Both the position numbers and the translations under genes were made by a program. The notes under the pieces were generated by a model, which was not told where the DNA came from, did no database searches, and saw only the letters and a program-made list of their open reading frames with translations. Positions 1 to 9,480 of a stretch of 64,000 bases of DNA are shown one piece after another. Positions within the stretch are counted from its first letter, which is position 1, and each line of letters starts with the position of its first letter. Source of the DNA: an uncultured delta proteobacterium (GTDB lineage: Bacteria; Myxococcota_A; Polyangia; Polyangiales; Polyangiaceae); NCBI GenBank assembly GCA_963716725.1, contig CAVQUB010000009.1, positions 64,001 through 128,000 of the forward strand, in the 5' to 3' direction.

Positions 1-198
1 GACGCCGACGAGCGGGTGCAGCGTGAATACACGGTTCCAAAGAACGGACGCGTTTGCATCCCGATCGGTTCAGACGACCGGTACACCATCTACCGATTGC
101 GAGTCGCCCGCGGGCTCGACATCAAGCCACCGTTGCAGGTGCACCTCAGGGCCGGCGACCGCCCGCGGATCTTGGGAGTGATTCGCGAAGAACGGTGA
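1..198 (+). CDS. 3' end of a hypothetical protein (runs off the window start)
   Basis: Frame open from position 1 to TGA at 196-198 with GC3-rich codons; ends ...PPLQVHLRAGDRPRILGVIREER. Confidence 0.7.
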   Translation, partial: DADERVQREYTVPKNGRVCIPIGSDDRYTIYRLRVARGLDIKPPLQVHLRAGDRPRILGVIREER

Positions 199-238
199 GT
201 TCTTCGCCCTATTTTCGCGCGACGATGCCGCCAGACGA

Positions 239-365
239 GACGACGCATTCCCCCCGCCCGAGCGGCGCGAGGGCTTGGGGGGAATCGCCCGCCGTGAGGG
301 GCGGCTTCGTGCAACGTCGAGGGTCGTGTCGAAGCGACGCCCCGAGCGCCGGGCGATGGGGGGCA
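239..365. repeat. 127-bp structured dispersed repeat (REP/MITE-like), copy 1
   Basis: Ungapped match to 4947-5073 with 10 mismatches by manual alignment; contains ATTCCCCCC...GGGGGGAAT stem and further hairpins; intergenic. Confidence 0.85.
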
Positions 366-496
366 CCTCGAGCCGATGCGGCGAGCGGCGAGCGGCCGGC
401 CTCTCGCGCCGCTTGCTGCGATGGACGCTTCCGGCAGATACTCCGCGCCCCTTGGGAATACACGGTCGTTTTGCGGCGTACTGCGACGGGCACAGG

Positions 497-851
497 ATGA
501 TCGAAACGGCGATTCGAGGGCTGGGGTGCGCGCTGTTCGCGCTCATGACGGTCGCATGCGCGGCGACGCCGCCGGCTCGGGGACCCGGACCGGACGCGCC
601 GGTTCCCGCGAGCGAGCCGCGCGGCACGGTGCGCTACGAGCTCGAATCTCGAGCCCGGCCAAGGCTGTGAGCGCGAGTTCGACCTAGCGCTGTACGAAGA
701 CCGCAGGATCGATCTGCTCGAGTGGGACGACCGAGACGGTTGCCGCGAGCGGCGGCTGAGCGTGCGCTACTTCGAGCGAAAGATTTCCAAACAGCAGGTT
801 CGAGCCCTGGTCGACGACCACGCGACCAAGGTTCGGGAGCTTTCCAAATGA
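497..851 (+). pseudogene. Small lipoprotein gene with a single +1 frameshift near 647
   Basis: MIETAIRGLGCALFALMTVAC lipobox ORF reads to YELE; the next frame continues LEPGQGCEREFDLALYEDRRIDLLEWD...ELSK to a TGA (849-851) overlapping the next gene's ATG. Confidence 0.7.
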
Positions 852-2884
852 TGAAACTAAGATTCCGCATCGGGCTGTCGCTGCTCTTGGCAACGGGGGC
901 ACTCTGGCCAGCCGCGCGCGAAGCCTTGGCCAACGACGAGGTCGCGGAGTCGCCAGCGCGGGTCGTGCTGCGCAAGTTGCCCAACGACCCCACCGTGTTG
1001 ATCAACGTGGCGGGGTACGAGATGCCGGGCAGCCCCGACATCCTGAACTTGGGCAAGCGCGCCACCGCCGCCCTCGAACGCTGTCTGAGCGACAACACCG
1101 ACACCGGCCTGCGGGTGGTCTGCGCGCGAGTGCTCAACGATCTAGGCGATCCGCGCGCGCTGCCGACCTTGCGCACCGCGCTCGACGATTGGGAGGAGCC
1201 CGTCCGTTACGAGGTCGCGCGGGCGCTGGTGAGCCTGCCCGATGCCGCGTCGTACGATGCGCTGGCCAAGGTGTATCGGCGCAAGGACGAGACGGATCGG
1301 GTGAAATCCGTGGTGCTCTCCGCCCTCGGAGCCCTTGGCAGCCAGAAGGCGGTGCGCTTCTTGCGCGGCGAGCTCACGAAGGTGCCGAAGAAGGACGAGC
1401 CGGACAGCCGAGCGGAGGTCTTCCGCGCGCTGTGGCAGAGCCGGGCGCTGATGGCGCGGACCACGCTGGTCGGCGACACCGTGATGGCCCTCAAGAGCGG
1501 CAATCAATCGCTGGTCTACGCGGCGGTGGAGGCCGCCACCGAGCTTCGGGACCGCGCGCTCTCGCCAGCGCTGGTGCCGCTGATGGATCACGCGGACGCC
1601 GAGATCCGTAACAAAGCCGTGTACGCCCTGGGGCACATCGGGGATCCGGCGGCGAGCCGCGCGCTCTTGGCGCATTTGCCCAAGGTCCGCGAGTCGCGCA
1701 TGCTCAACAACATCGCGTTCGCGCTCGAGCGCCTCGATCGCAAGGCGTTCTACGCCGCTATCGACAAGGTGGCGCAGCACAAGCAGGCGATCATCCGGCT
1801 CAACGCGGCGTTTGTGGTCGGCGACGTGCGGCGGCCGGAGGGCCTCGCCATCTTGGAGCGGGCCGCCAAGGACGCGAGCGATCTCGTCCGCACCAGCAGC
1901 GTGGCGGCGCTCGGCAAGCTCGACACCGCGGCGGCGGTGCCCGTCGCGGAGAAGTACGTGAGCGACGCAAACTGGTCGATCCGCCAAGAGGCGGTGTACG
2001 CCATCAGTGCGCTCACCAGCGGTCAGAGGAAGGATCTGATCTACGACCAGCTCTTCGCCGGCAAGCTGCCGCGGGACGGCGAAGGGATCCGCCGACGTGC
2101 GGCGATTGCCCTCGGCGAGCTCGGGGACGCCCGCGTCCGCGACTATCTGGTGACCTGCTACGAGCAGCGGGCCTGCTCCCTGGGCGACGTGAACGAGTTC
2201 TTCGAGGCCGACAAAGACGCAACGGTCGCCAGTCGGTTGCTGCTCGGGTGGGCTCAAGGGCGCCACGAGCTGACGGATCTCTTGGGCCTGAAGCAGCCGA
2301 CCGGCGCCGGCGCCCTGGCGGCGAGCAGCTTTGACCAGGCCCGCTCGCTGCGCAACGTCTCGGGTCTGCGCAAGAGCGCCGATTTCTTGGGCTCTGTGGG
2401 GGAGAAGACCGCGACCAAGCGCTTGAATCAGGTGCGCAAGGACCCGAGCACCTGGACTCGGCTTCACGTGCTCGTCGCGAGCGCGCGCCTCGGCGACGCA
2501 GCCGCCGTGAAGCAGGTTCTTGCAGAGCTCGACAACGCGCCGCAGGCGTGGATGTCCGGCATCGTGAAGGTCCTGGCTCGCGTGCTCGAAGCCCAGGCGC
2601 GACAGGCGTTCACGGCCGAGCTCACGGCGCGAGCCCGCGGCGCGGATATCGATCGTGGCATGGCCGCCGCCGCCGTGCTCCTGGCCTGGGATCCAGATCC
2701 GCAGTTCTTCCTGTTCTTGGACGCGCTGGGCAGCACCTCGCCGCGAAAGCAGGAACTGGCGCGTCGCTACTTGTTGCGCGATCGATCCAAGAAGGTCACC
2801 TGGCTCATGCGGCGCGCTCTGGCCCGCGAGTCACGGACCTTCGTGCGTGACGAGCTGCGCGTATTGCTCGACGACCGCAGCTGA
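848..2884 (+). CDS. Secreted HEAT-repeat (PBS-lyase-like) protein
   Basis: Signal peptide MMKLRFRIGLSLLLATGALWPAA; repeated VRxxAxxALGxLGD motifs. Confidence 0.85.
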   Translation: MMKLRFRIGLSLLLATGALWPAAREALANDEVAESPARVVLRKLPNDPTVLINVAGYEMPGSPDILNLGKRATAALERCLSDNTDTGLRVVCARVLNDLGDPRALPTLRTALDDWEEPVRYEVARALVSLPDAASYDALAKVYRRKDETDRVKSVVLSALGALGSQKAVRFLRGELTKVPKKDEPDSRAEVFRALWQSRALMARTTLVGDTVMALKSGNQSLVYAAVEAATELRDRALSPALVPLMDHADAEIRNKAVYALGHIGDPAASRALLAHLPKVRESRMLNNIAFALERLDRKAFYAAIDKVAQHKQAIIRLNAAFVVGDVRRPEGLAILERAAKDASDLVRTSSVAALGKLDTAAAVPVAEKYVSDANWSIRQEAVYAISALTSGQRKDLIYDQLFAGKLPRDGEGIRRRAAIALGELGDARVRDYLVTCYEQRACSLGDVNEFFEADKDATVASRLLLGWAQGRHELTDLLGLKQPTGAGALAASSFDQARSLRNVSGLRKSADFLGSVGEKTATKRLNQVRKDPSTWTRLHVLVASARLGDAAAVKQVLAELDNAPQAWMSGIVKVLARVLEAQARQAFTAELTARARGADIDRGMAAAAVLLAWDPDPQFFLFLDALGSTSPRKQELARRYLLRDRSKKVTWLMRRALARESRTFVRDELRVLLDDRS

Positions 2885-2896
2885 GCGCGGGCGACC

Positions 2897-4576
2897 GTGA
2901 AGCTCGCTCCGTGCCTGGTCATCGCCGCGACCTGCGGGGCATTGGTCTACGATCCTTCGGCGCTGGCGGCGCAGCCGAAGGCCGTCGCGCTCTTGGTCCT
3001 CGCAGCGCTCCTCTCCGTTCTCGCCGTCGCGTGGCGCGTGAAGGTCGCGCTGTCCGCGCCGCTGGCGCTCTTCGGCGCCTTCGCGCTGTGGAGCTTCATC
3101 CGCGGTGAAGTCTCGCTCTCGGCCGCCTGCCTCGCGAGCTTCGTGATCGCGGCGCTGGCGCAGGGCCTGGGGCCAGCAGAGCGTCGCCGAGTCGTGCTGC
3201 TCTCCTGCGCCGGCGTCGGAGTGGGCGCCGCGGTCATCACCTTGGCAGCGTGGGCTCGAGGGGGACGCGGCATGGCGCTGCACGGCGGGATGGGAAATCC
3301 CAACGCGCTCGGGCTGCTGCTGGCCGTGACGCTGGTGCCGAGCGTCGTCGCGGCGCTCGCTGCGGCTCGCGGTCGGTCGCGCGCTTGCTGGTGGTGGCTC
3401 GCTGCGCTGGGGTTGCAGGGCGCCGCGTGGATCCTCGCGGAGTCGCGGGCGGCGTGGCTCGCGCTGCCCGTCGGCCTGTCGATCGCGTGGCTATCGACGC
3501 GCTGCCGAGTCGGTCGTGCGCTCACTCTCGGTCGTGCGCTCTGCGTCGGCCTCGCCCTGGCGAGCATCGCCGGCGCGTATTGGGGCGGCCCGATCGCGAG
3601 CGGCGGCGCGAACGGAGCGATCGGCGCGCTGGCGGGGCGGTTCTGGATCTGGAAGCACAGCCTGGGCGTCGCGCTCCGATCGCTGCCGTGGGGCAGCGGC
3701 GGCGGGCGTTTCTCCGACGAGTTTCTGGTCGAGCAAGGCAGGGCGCTCCAAGCGATCGATCTGGTCGAAGCGTCCCGCGCGTTTGTGCATGCCGAGAGCG
3801 CGCACAACGAGTGGCTGCAGGCGCTTGCCGCCACCGGCCCGGTCGGACTGGTCCTGCTCGCGGCCTTCTTGGCTGTCGGCATCGATCACCTGTCACCGCA
3901 TTTTGCTGCGGGAGCCGGCGCCTTGGCCGCGCTCGCGGTCGGCGCGAGTGCCGACGTGCCGTTGCATGCGCCGGCCGTCGCGCTCTTGACGGCGCTCTTG
4001 TTGGCGACCGCACCGCGACTGCGCTGGCCCGTGGGTTCTTCCTGGGTGCATCGAGCCGCCGCGCTCGGCGCGCTGGCGCTGTGCGCGTTCGCCTTGACCC
4101 ACGAGAGTCGTCAATGGCGTTCCACTCGCTATCTCACCGAGGCGCGCGATGCGGATCTATCTCGACGGGCCCAGCTGCTCGCCCGCGCCGCGGCGCTCGC
4201 GCCGAGCTCCGCCGAAGCCCAGTTTGCGCTGGGCATGGACCAGGTGGAGCGTGGCGAGATCACGGCGGGGTTGGAACGATTGCAGATCGCCCGCGCCATT
4301 TCGCGGACCGTCAGCACCGAGGTGGCGATCGGCAACGCGCTCTCGGAGCTGGGGCGCTGGCCAGAGGCGCGCGCCCGCTTCGAGTCCGCGCTGCTCTTGA
4401 ATCCGGGGTCGTTCCGCGCGCGCGCGAACCTCGCCGCCACGCTCGGCACGCTCGGAGAGCCGGACCTCGCCGTCGCGGAGCTAGCGCGAGCTCGGAGGCT
4501 CTTCCCCGGCCACCCCAAGCTCGCGCTGATCGCCGAAGCCATCGAGCGTCAGCGTCGCGACCGGGAGACACGCTGA
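2897..4576 (+). CDS. O-antigen ligase family (Wzy_C) membrane protein with C-terminal TPRs
   Basis: Multiple TM segments; GGMGNPNALG, ESRAAWL, RFWIWK, PWGSGGGRF and AHNEWLQ motifs; TPR tail. Confidence 0.85.
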   Translation: MKLAPCLVIAATCGALVYDPSALAAQPKAVALLVLAALLSVLAVAWRVKVALSAPLALFGAFALWSFIRGEVSLSAACLASFVIAALAQGLGPAERRRVVLLSCAGVGVGAAVITLAAWARGGRGMALHGGMGNPNALGLLLAVTLVPSVVAALAAARGRSRACWWWLAALGLQGAAWILAESRAAWLALPVGLSIAWLSTRCRVGRALTLGRALCVGLALASIAGAYWGGPIASGGANGAIGALAGRFWIWKHSLGVALRSLPWGSGGGRFSDEFLVEQGRALQAIDLVEASRAFVHAESAHNEWLQALAATGPVGLVLLAAFLAVGIDHLSPHFAAGAGALAALAVGASADVPLHAPAVALLTALLLATAPRLRWPVGSSWVHRAAALGALALCAFALTHESRQWRSTRYLTEARDADLSRRAQLLARAAALAPSSAEAQFALGMDQVERGEITAGLERLQIARAISRTVSTEVAIGNALSELGRWPEARARFESALLLNPGSFRARANLAATLGTLGEPDLAVAELARARRLFPGHPKLALIAEAIERQRRDRETR

Positions 4577-4621
4577 CGGGGAATGACGCCGTACACGACG
4601 CTGCGAAGTCCCGGGGACCGG

Positions 4622-4938
4622 GACGCCAAACGCCTCGCCGGAGCGCGTTGCGACGTGGCGGCGTCACGGGGTGCGGCGCCGGAGCGCGTTGCGACGTGGT
4701 GAATGGCGCCGTAGACGCCAAACGCCTCGCCGGAGCGCGTTGCGACGTGGCCGATGGCGCCGTAGACGCCAAACGCCTCCGGGCAGCGCGTTGCGACGTG
4801 GCCGATGGCGCCGTAGACGCCAAACGCCTCCGGGCAGCGCGTTGCGACGTGGTGAATGGCGCCGTAGACGCCAAACGCCTCCGGGCAGCGCGTTGCGACG
4901 TGGTGAATGGCGCCGTGGGCGCCAAACGCCTCGCCGGA
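4622..4938. repeat. Tandem array of a 51-bp unit (about 5 copies plus a partial lead copy)
   Basis: GACGCCAAACGCCTC recurs at 4714, 4765, 4816, 4867 and (degenerate) 4918, with an offset copy at 4622. Confidence 0.9.
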
Positions 4939-4946
4939 GGAAGGCG

Positions 4947-5073
4947 GACGACGCATTCCCCCCGCCCGAGCCTAGCGAGGGCTTGGGGGGAATCGCCCGC
5001 CGTGAGGGGCGGCGGCGGGCGACGGCGCGGGTCGTGTCGAAGCGACGCCCCGAACGCCGGGCGATGGGGGGCA
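4947..5073. repeat. 127-bp structured dispersed repeat, copy 2
   Basis: Direct-orientation match to 239-365. Confidence 0.85.
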
Positions 5074-5134
5074 GATCGTGATCGTGTGTCCGGGAGCCGC
5101 ACCCGACGCGACGCCGCGACGCGATCCGCTGGCG

Positions 5135-6037
5135 CTACTGGTAGTAGAACGCCGCGTACACGAAGCCCGTGGTCGACTGGAGGAGTCGCTCCGGTGACGC
5201 GATGGCGTTCTCGCCGCCGAGCCGGATGCTGAAGGGGCCTTGGGGCAGGAGCTGGGAGTAATCGTAGGGCAAGGTCGCGGACTCGCCGGGCTTCAGTGCC
5301 TTGGGAGCCCCCCAGGGCTCGTAGTGATTGCCGGCGCCGTACTTGGTGGAGACGTCGAGCACCACGTTGCCGGTGTTCTTCACTGCGATGGTTCCCGAGG
5401 TCGGACCCGGAGTCATGGCGTAGGGCCCCTCGCCCGTGAACTGGTCGCTGTCGTTGATCAGTCCAGGGTGCGCAAGATCGACCGGCTTGCCGTCGATGCT
5501 GATCTCCGCGTCCATCACCTTGGCGGTCACCTTCATGTCGGCGTCCAGCACGACCGTCGCTCCCGCGGATTGACCTTCGACGTGCAAGGTCGCCGTGCTG
5601 TCCCCAGGGGTGAGCAACGGCGCCAAGCCCACGCCGTCCAGCGCGACGCCGTGCAGCACGCCGAGGCGTAAGATCGGCACCGTGGACGCACCGCTGGCCG
5701 GCAGGACGGCGATGCTCGCGGGTGAGATCGTGAATCCCGGGTTGTTGATCGTCAGCGCGATCTTCGTCACATCTGCGCTGCCGCCATTTTGGAGCAGGAA
5801 GAAGTGGTTCTGGCTGACCTTCACCGGACCCAGGTCGAAGGACTCCGTCAGCGCCTGTTGGCTGGTGCCGGTGGCCGGCTCCGCTGCCGATTTCGCGCTG
5901 CCCAGCCCGTCCAAGCGACTCAGGGAGAGCTGACCGCCACTCTTCGAGCGGGCGTCCTCGGGTCCACTACCGCAGCCCAGCACCGTGGCGCCACACGCGA
6001 TCCAGCAAAGAAGATGTCGCACGTTGCAGCGAGACAT
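5135..6037 (-). CDS. Hypothetical lipoprotein with Ig-like beta domains
   Basis: Lipobox ATVLGC; Ig-like NxG motifs (FLLQNGG, IAVKNTGNVVLDV); GGAGG RBS upstream. Confidence 0.7.
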   Translation of the reverse strand: MSRCNVRHLLCWIACGATVLGCGSGPEDARSKSGGQLSLSRLDGLGSAKSAAEPATGTSQQALTESFDLGPVKVSQNHFFLLQNGGSADVTKIALTINNPGFTISPASIAVLPASGASTVPILRLGVLHGVALDGVGLAPLLTPGDSTATLHVEGQSAGATVVLDADMKVTAKVMDAEISIDGKPVDLAHPGLINDSDQFTGEGPYAMTPGPTSGTIAVKNTGNVVLDVSTKYGAGNHYEPWGAPKALKPGESATLPYDYSQLLPQGPFSIRLGGENAIASPERLLQSTTGFVYAAFYYQ

Positions 6038-6122
6038 AGCACGTGCCTCCTGCATTGCCCCTGGCCCGAATGCTCGGTCGCGGGGCGGCGGGCCACTGGC
6101 GCTCACTCGCCCGCGGCTCGCC

Positions 6123-6656
6123 TCAGCGGGACAGTTCGTCGAGATCGACCCTCAGGCCGCGTGACAATTCGAGCACGCCGCCCGTTCGTTCTTCGGACCT
6201 CCAGCTTCCGTCGGGGTTGCGCGAATGGACCTCCGCCCTCGCGCCCTCTTGATGCAGCAGCACGTACGTCTCGAGGGAGGGCAGCCGCCGGTAGGCGTCG
6301 AGCTTGGTCGTCCGGTCGTGAGCTTGGGTGCCGGGGCTCAGCACCTCGAACACGATCGTCGGATTGGTCACGCCGCCAGGCTTCCCATCGGCTTCGATGG
6401 GCGGACCACACACGACCGTGAGGTCTGGCAGAAACCCACGGTCGAGCTCGGCGACGTACACGACGAGTCCCGCGGCGTAGGCTGAGCACTCGCCCCGGAC
6501 CGGAATCAGGCCTGCGAGCCGCGCGCAGAGCTGTGCGTGCCGCGGAGTCGTTGCGCCCATTGCGTAAGCTACGCCAGCTGCCCACTCGTGCGGCCAATCA
6601 AGCGCCAGAAACTCATCCCAGCTGATCACCGGCAGGTTTGCGACAGCGTTCACCAT
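6123..6656 (-). CDS. Uma2 family endonuclease (DUF820)
   Basis: PDLTVVCG, NPTIVFEVLSPGTQAHDRTTKLDAYRRLPSLETYVLL motifs. Confidence 0.9.
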   Translation of the reverse strand: MVNAVANLPVISWDEFLALDWPHEWAAGVAYAMGATTPRHAQLCARLAGLIPVRGECSAYAAGLVVYVAELDRGFLPDLTVVCGPPIEADGKPGGVTNPTIVFEVLSPGTQAHDRTTKLDAYRRLPSLETYVLLHQEGARAEVHSRNPDGSWRSEERTGGVLELSRGLRVDLDELSR

Positions 6657-6712
6657 GGTGGTACCGCGCTCGGCACGACAAGCTAGCACGGCGGCGACGG
6701 CGGCGGCAGCGC

Positions 6713-7708
6713 TCACTCGCCGGCGGCGACCGCCTTCGCTCCCGCGACCGCTGCATGAACGTCGAGGGCCAGGGCGCAGCTGTCGATCCCGCTCGCGTAT
6801 TCGGCGCGGGCGGCCACCGAGATCCAGCTCGGGTCGACGCGGCGGCGCAGGCTGAGCAGCACCTTGCGTTGGCGCAGATCCACCAGGCCGACGCGCACGT
6901 CGTGGGGCCGCTCGCCGTCGAGTTCCGTCGGTCCCGGCTCCGGGTTGGGCTCATCCACCACGACGAGCAGCACGGTCGCGCGCGAAGCGGCTTGGGCGCG
7001 GGCGATGGGCGCTCGCTCGAAGTCCCGCGTCAACCGCCCGAGTTCTTCACGGGAGGACGCGGATTGGATCTTCTTCTGCCATTCCGGATTCAAGAAAGGC
7101 AGACCCACCAGCGCGTCGTGGAGGCGCTCGACGTGGGCGATGGGCCGCATGCCCTCGCCCCGCCCCGCGAGCGCCGTGCGGGCTTTGGCCTTGAGCGTCG
7201 GCTCGGTTCGGGAGGCTGGCGGGGCGTTCAGGCAGAGCACGAACGCGTCTTTCAGTGAGCTGGCCGCGGCCTCGTCGACGCGGCCGGCCACGGCCGGGAG
7301 CGCGCCGCGCAGGTAGATCGTCGGCTTCGCCAGGACAGCAGCAAACGCGCCGGCGGGGCGGAGCTCGTCAGCCACCGTGTCTCCGGAGAACGCGCCGGAA
7401 AAGAGCGGAAGCCACGGCAGAGCTCTGATCGCAGCGTCCAAATCGTCGGGGGCGACATCGGCGGACGCCTTGGCCACCCGCTCGTTCAGCTCGGCGCGTC
7501 GCGCCTCGAGCTCACGGTTCGCGCGGCGATACGAGACGCCGATCCACACCAGACAGACCACGGTCAGCGTGAGCGCGGTGATGCGGAACAGCGACATCGC
7601 GCGGGGCACGAGCTTCGCGCCGGGGGCGGCCCGGCGACCGTCGACGCTCGCCTGAACCCGAGCGGCGAGCTGGGGCGACATCTTCTTGGTGACGAGCAGG
7701 GTCGGCAT
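6713..7708 (-). CDS. Hypothetical membrane-anchored protein
   Basis: 331-aa ORF with one N-terminal TM helix followed by a coiled segment; same-strand operon context. Confidence 0.75.
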   Translation of the reverse strand: MPTLLVTKKMSPQLAARVQASVDGRRAAPGAKLVPRAMSLFRITALTLTVVCLVWIGVSYRRANRELEARRAELNERVAKASADVAPDDLDAAIRALPWLPLFSGAFSGDTVADELRPAGAFAAVLAKPTIYLRGALPAVAGRVDEAAASSLKDAFVLCLNAPPASRTEPTLKAKARTALAGRGEGMRPIAHVERLHDALVGLPFLNPEWQKKIQSASSREELGRLTRDFERAPIARAQAASRATVLLVVVDEPNPEPGPTELDGERPHDVRVGLVDLRQRKVLLSLRRRVDPSWISVAARAEYASGIDSCALALDVHAAVAGAKAVAAGE

Positions 7709-7732
7709 GGACGTAGCTCCGCTCAGCTCAGC

Positions 7733-9385
7733 TCAGCTCTGCTCGGTCGGATGTTCGCGCTGGAAGCGCTGGACGTTGCGCTCGATCAGGGAGAGGAGCT
7801 GCTCGCCCGTGACGCCCAGCCGCTCGGCCGCGTGCCCGGCGAGCGAAGTCGTGGCGACGCCGGGGACGAACTGGTACGTCGCGCGGCGATCGGCGCCGAG
7901 CTCGACCTGCACGAAGCTGAGATCTCGGATCTTCTGCTCACGCTCGAGACGCCCAGCGAAGGTGAGGAAGTGGGTGGTGATGAAGGCCTGGGGCGAGAGC
8001 TTGCTGAGCATCTCGACCACCAGCTCGAAGATCTCTTCACCCTCGGAAGGGTTCGTGCCCGAGCACAGCTCGTCGAGCAACACCATCGCGCCGGGCGGCA
8101 GGCGCTCGAAGAGCTCGCGGATGCGCACCAGCTCCGTGCCGAGCCGCCCCTCGGCCGCATCGGCCCGCGTCTCTTGGATCAACGACACGACCAGCGCGGA
8201 GGTGAGCGCGACGGCGCCCGATCGCGCGGGGATGAAACATCCGGCCTGGGCGAGCAGCTGCGTGAGGCCGACGGACTGCAGCAGTCGGGTCTTGCCGCCG
8301 GAGTTGGGTCCGGTCACGAGCACCGTCGTGGCGAGGCGGCTCGAGCCGAGATCACAGGGGATGGGCTCGATGCCACTCATCAAGAGCAGCGGGTTGAAGA
8401 GACCCGAGAGCGCGCGGGGGGCCTCGGGTCGAACCAGCTCCGGCAAACAGACCTGGAGCCCCGCGGCTCGTGCTTGGTCCGCAAACGCCAGGGCGCCCAG
8501 GTAGAACTCCAGATCTCCGAAGAGCTGAAGCAGCGCGACGATCTCGCTCTCGATCCCCGTGAACACCGCGTCGACCAGGCGGGTCATGACTTCGCCATCG
8601 CTGAAGCGATAGCCGCGGACGAAGAGCTCGACCTTGGCCAGCCAGCGCCGCCACGGCGGGCTCACGAATGGGTTGTCGGAGTCCTCGGCTACCGACACGA
8701 CCTCGAAGCCGCGGATGTGACCATCGGCCCCGACCCCCACCTTCAAGCTCAGGGTGGCCAGGCGATCGTCGTAACGCAACAAGTCCGAGAGCGAGCGGTA
8801 GGGTTCACTGGTCAGGATGCGCCCCCCGAAGACCGACAGCACCGAGAGCCCCGAGCGACAGGAGACGAACCCGCCCGCCATCAGGTCGAACACCTCCTTG
8901 ACGATCACGAGCATGTCGAGCTGTCGGCGACTCGGATCCCAGTTGCGAACTCCGGATGCGTTCTCGAGCAGCACGCGCAAGCGTCGGAGCGCGCGGTAGA
9001 TCTCCTGGACTCGCCCGCGCAGCTCGGGAGAGTCGTCGAGCTCGGCCAGGATGGCCCGGCGATGCTCGACGGTCGCGCGGTCGCTCGGCGGGTGGGTGAG
9101 CAGCCGGACCAGATGGTTCCCCGCCACCAGTCCCTCCTCGCGCCCGACGCGGATCTTGAAGCAGCCGGCGACGAAGCGGCGCAGGAAGAGGTCGTTCTCG
9201 AAGGCGGCCGGCTCCCAGGAGGATGGCTCCAGGGTCGCCGCTGCCAGCGTCTCTTCGAACAGGCCGCCGGACACGCCGCCGGCGAAGGCCATGCTCAGGG
9301 CGAGGCGGGTCTTTTCGGGATCGATTCGCAGCTTGGCTGCGGGGTAGAGCAGGTCCGGCTGGGCGGTGGGGTCCATCGCGGGCAT
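7733..9385 (-). CDS. MutS-related protein (domain V ATPase)
   Basis: LFNPLL, Walker A VTGPNSGGKT, LAQAGCFIPA, Walker B VLLDELCSGTN, FITTHF; lacks the MutS1 mismatch-recognition N-terminus. Confidence 0.9.
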   Translation of the reverse strand: MPAMDPTAQPDLLYPAAKLRIDPEKTRLALSMAFAGGVSGGLFEETLAAATLEPSSWEPAAFENDLFLRRFVAGCFKIRVGREEGLVAGNHLVRLLTHPPSDRATVEHRRAILAELDDSPELRGRVQEIYRALRRLRVLLENASGVRNWDPSRRQLDMLVIVKEVFDLMAGGFVSCRSGLSVLSVFGGRILTSEPYRSLSDLLRYDDRLATLSLKVGVGADGHIRGFEVVSVAEDSDNPFVSPPWRRWLAKVELFVRGYRFSDGEVMTRLVDAVFTGIESEIVALLQLFGDLEFYLGALAFADQARAAGLQVCLPELVRPEAPRALSGLFNPLLLMSGIEPIPCDLGSSRLATTVLVTGPNSGGKTRLLQSVGLTQLLAQAGCFIPARSGAVALTSALVVSLIQETRADAAEGRLGTELVRIRELFERLPPGAMVLLDELCSGTNPSEGEEIFELVVEMLSKLSPQAFITTHFLTFAGRLEREQKIRDLSFVQVELGADRRATYQFVPGVATTSLAGHAAERLGVTGEQLLSLIERNVQRFQREHPTEQS

Positions 9386-9480
9386 CTGAGCCGCGACACT
9401 ACGGCCGGGAGAATGTTCCCGCCAGGGTCACTTTTGCTCTGAGTGCGTTGCTCACGCTCGGGCCAGCACAGGTGGCACCC

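Noticed and set aside
4622..4938. Possible CRISPR array
   Set aside because: Units are contiguous 51-bp repeats with no unique spacers, and there are no cas genes in the window
3250..5232. 660-aa alternative-frame ORF running through the tandem array
   Set aside because: Arg/Ala/Gly-rich shadow frame overlapping the O-antigen ligase gene; stop codons are rare in GC-rich DNA
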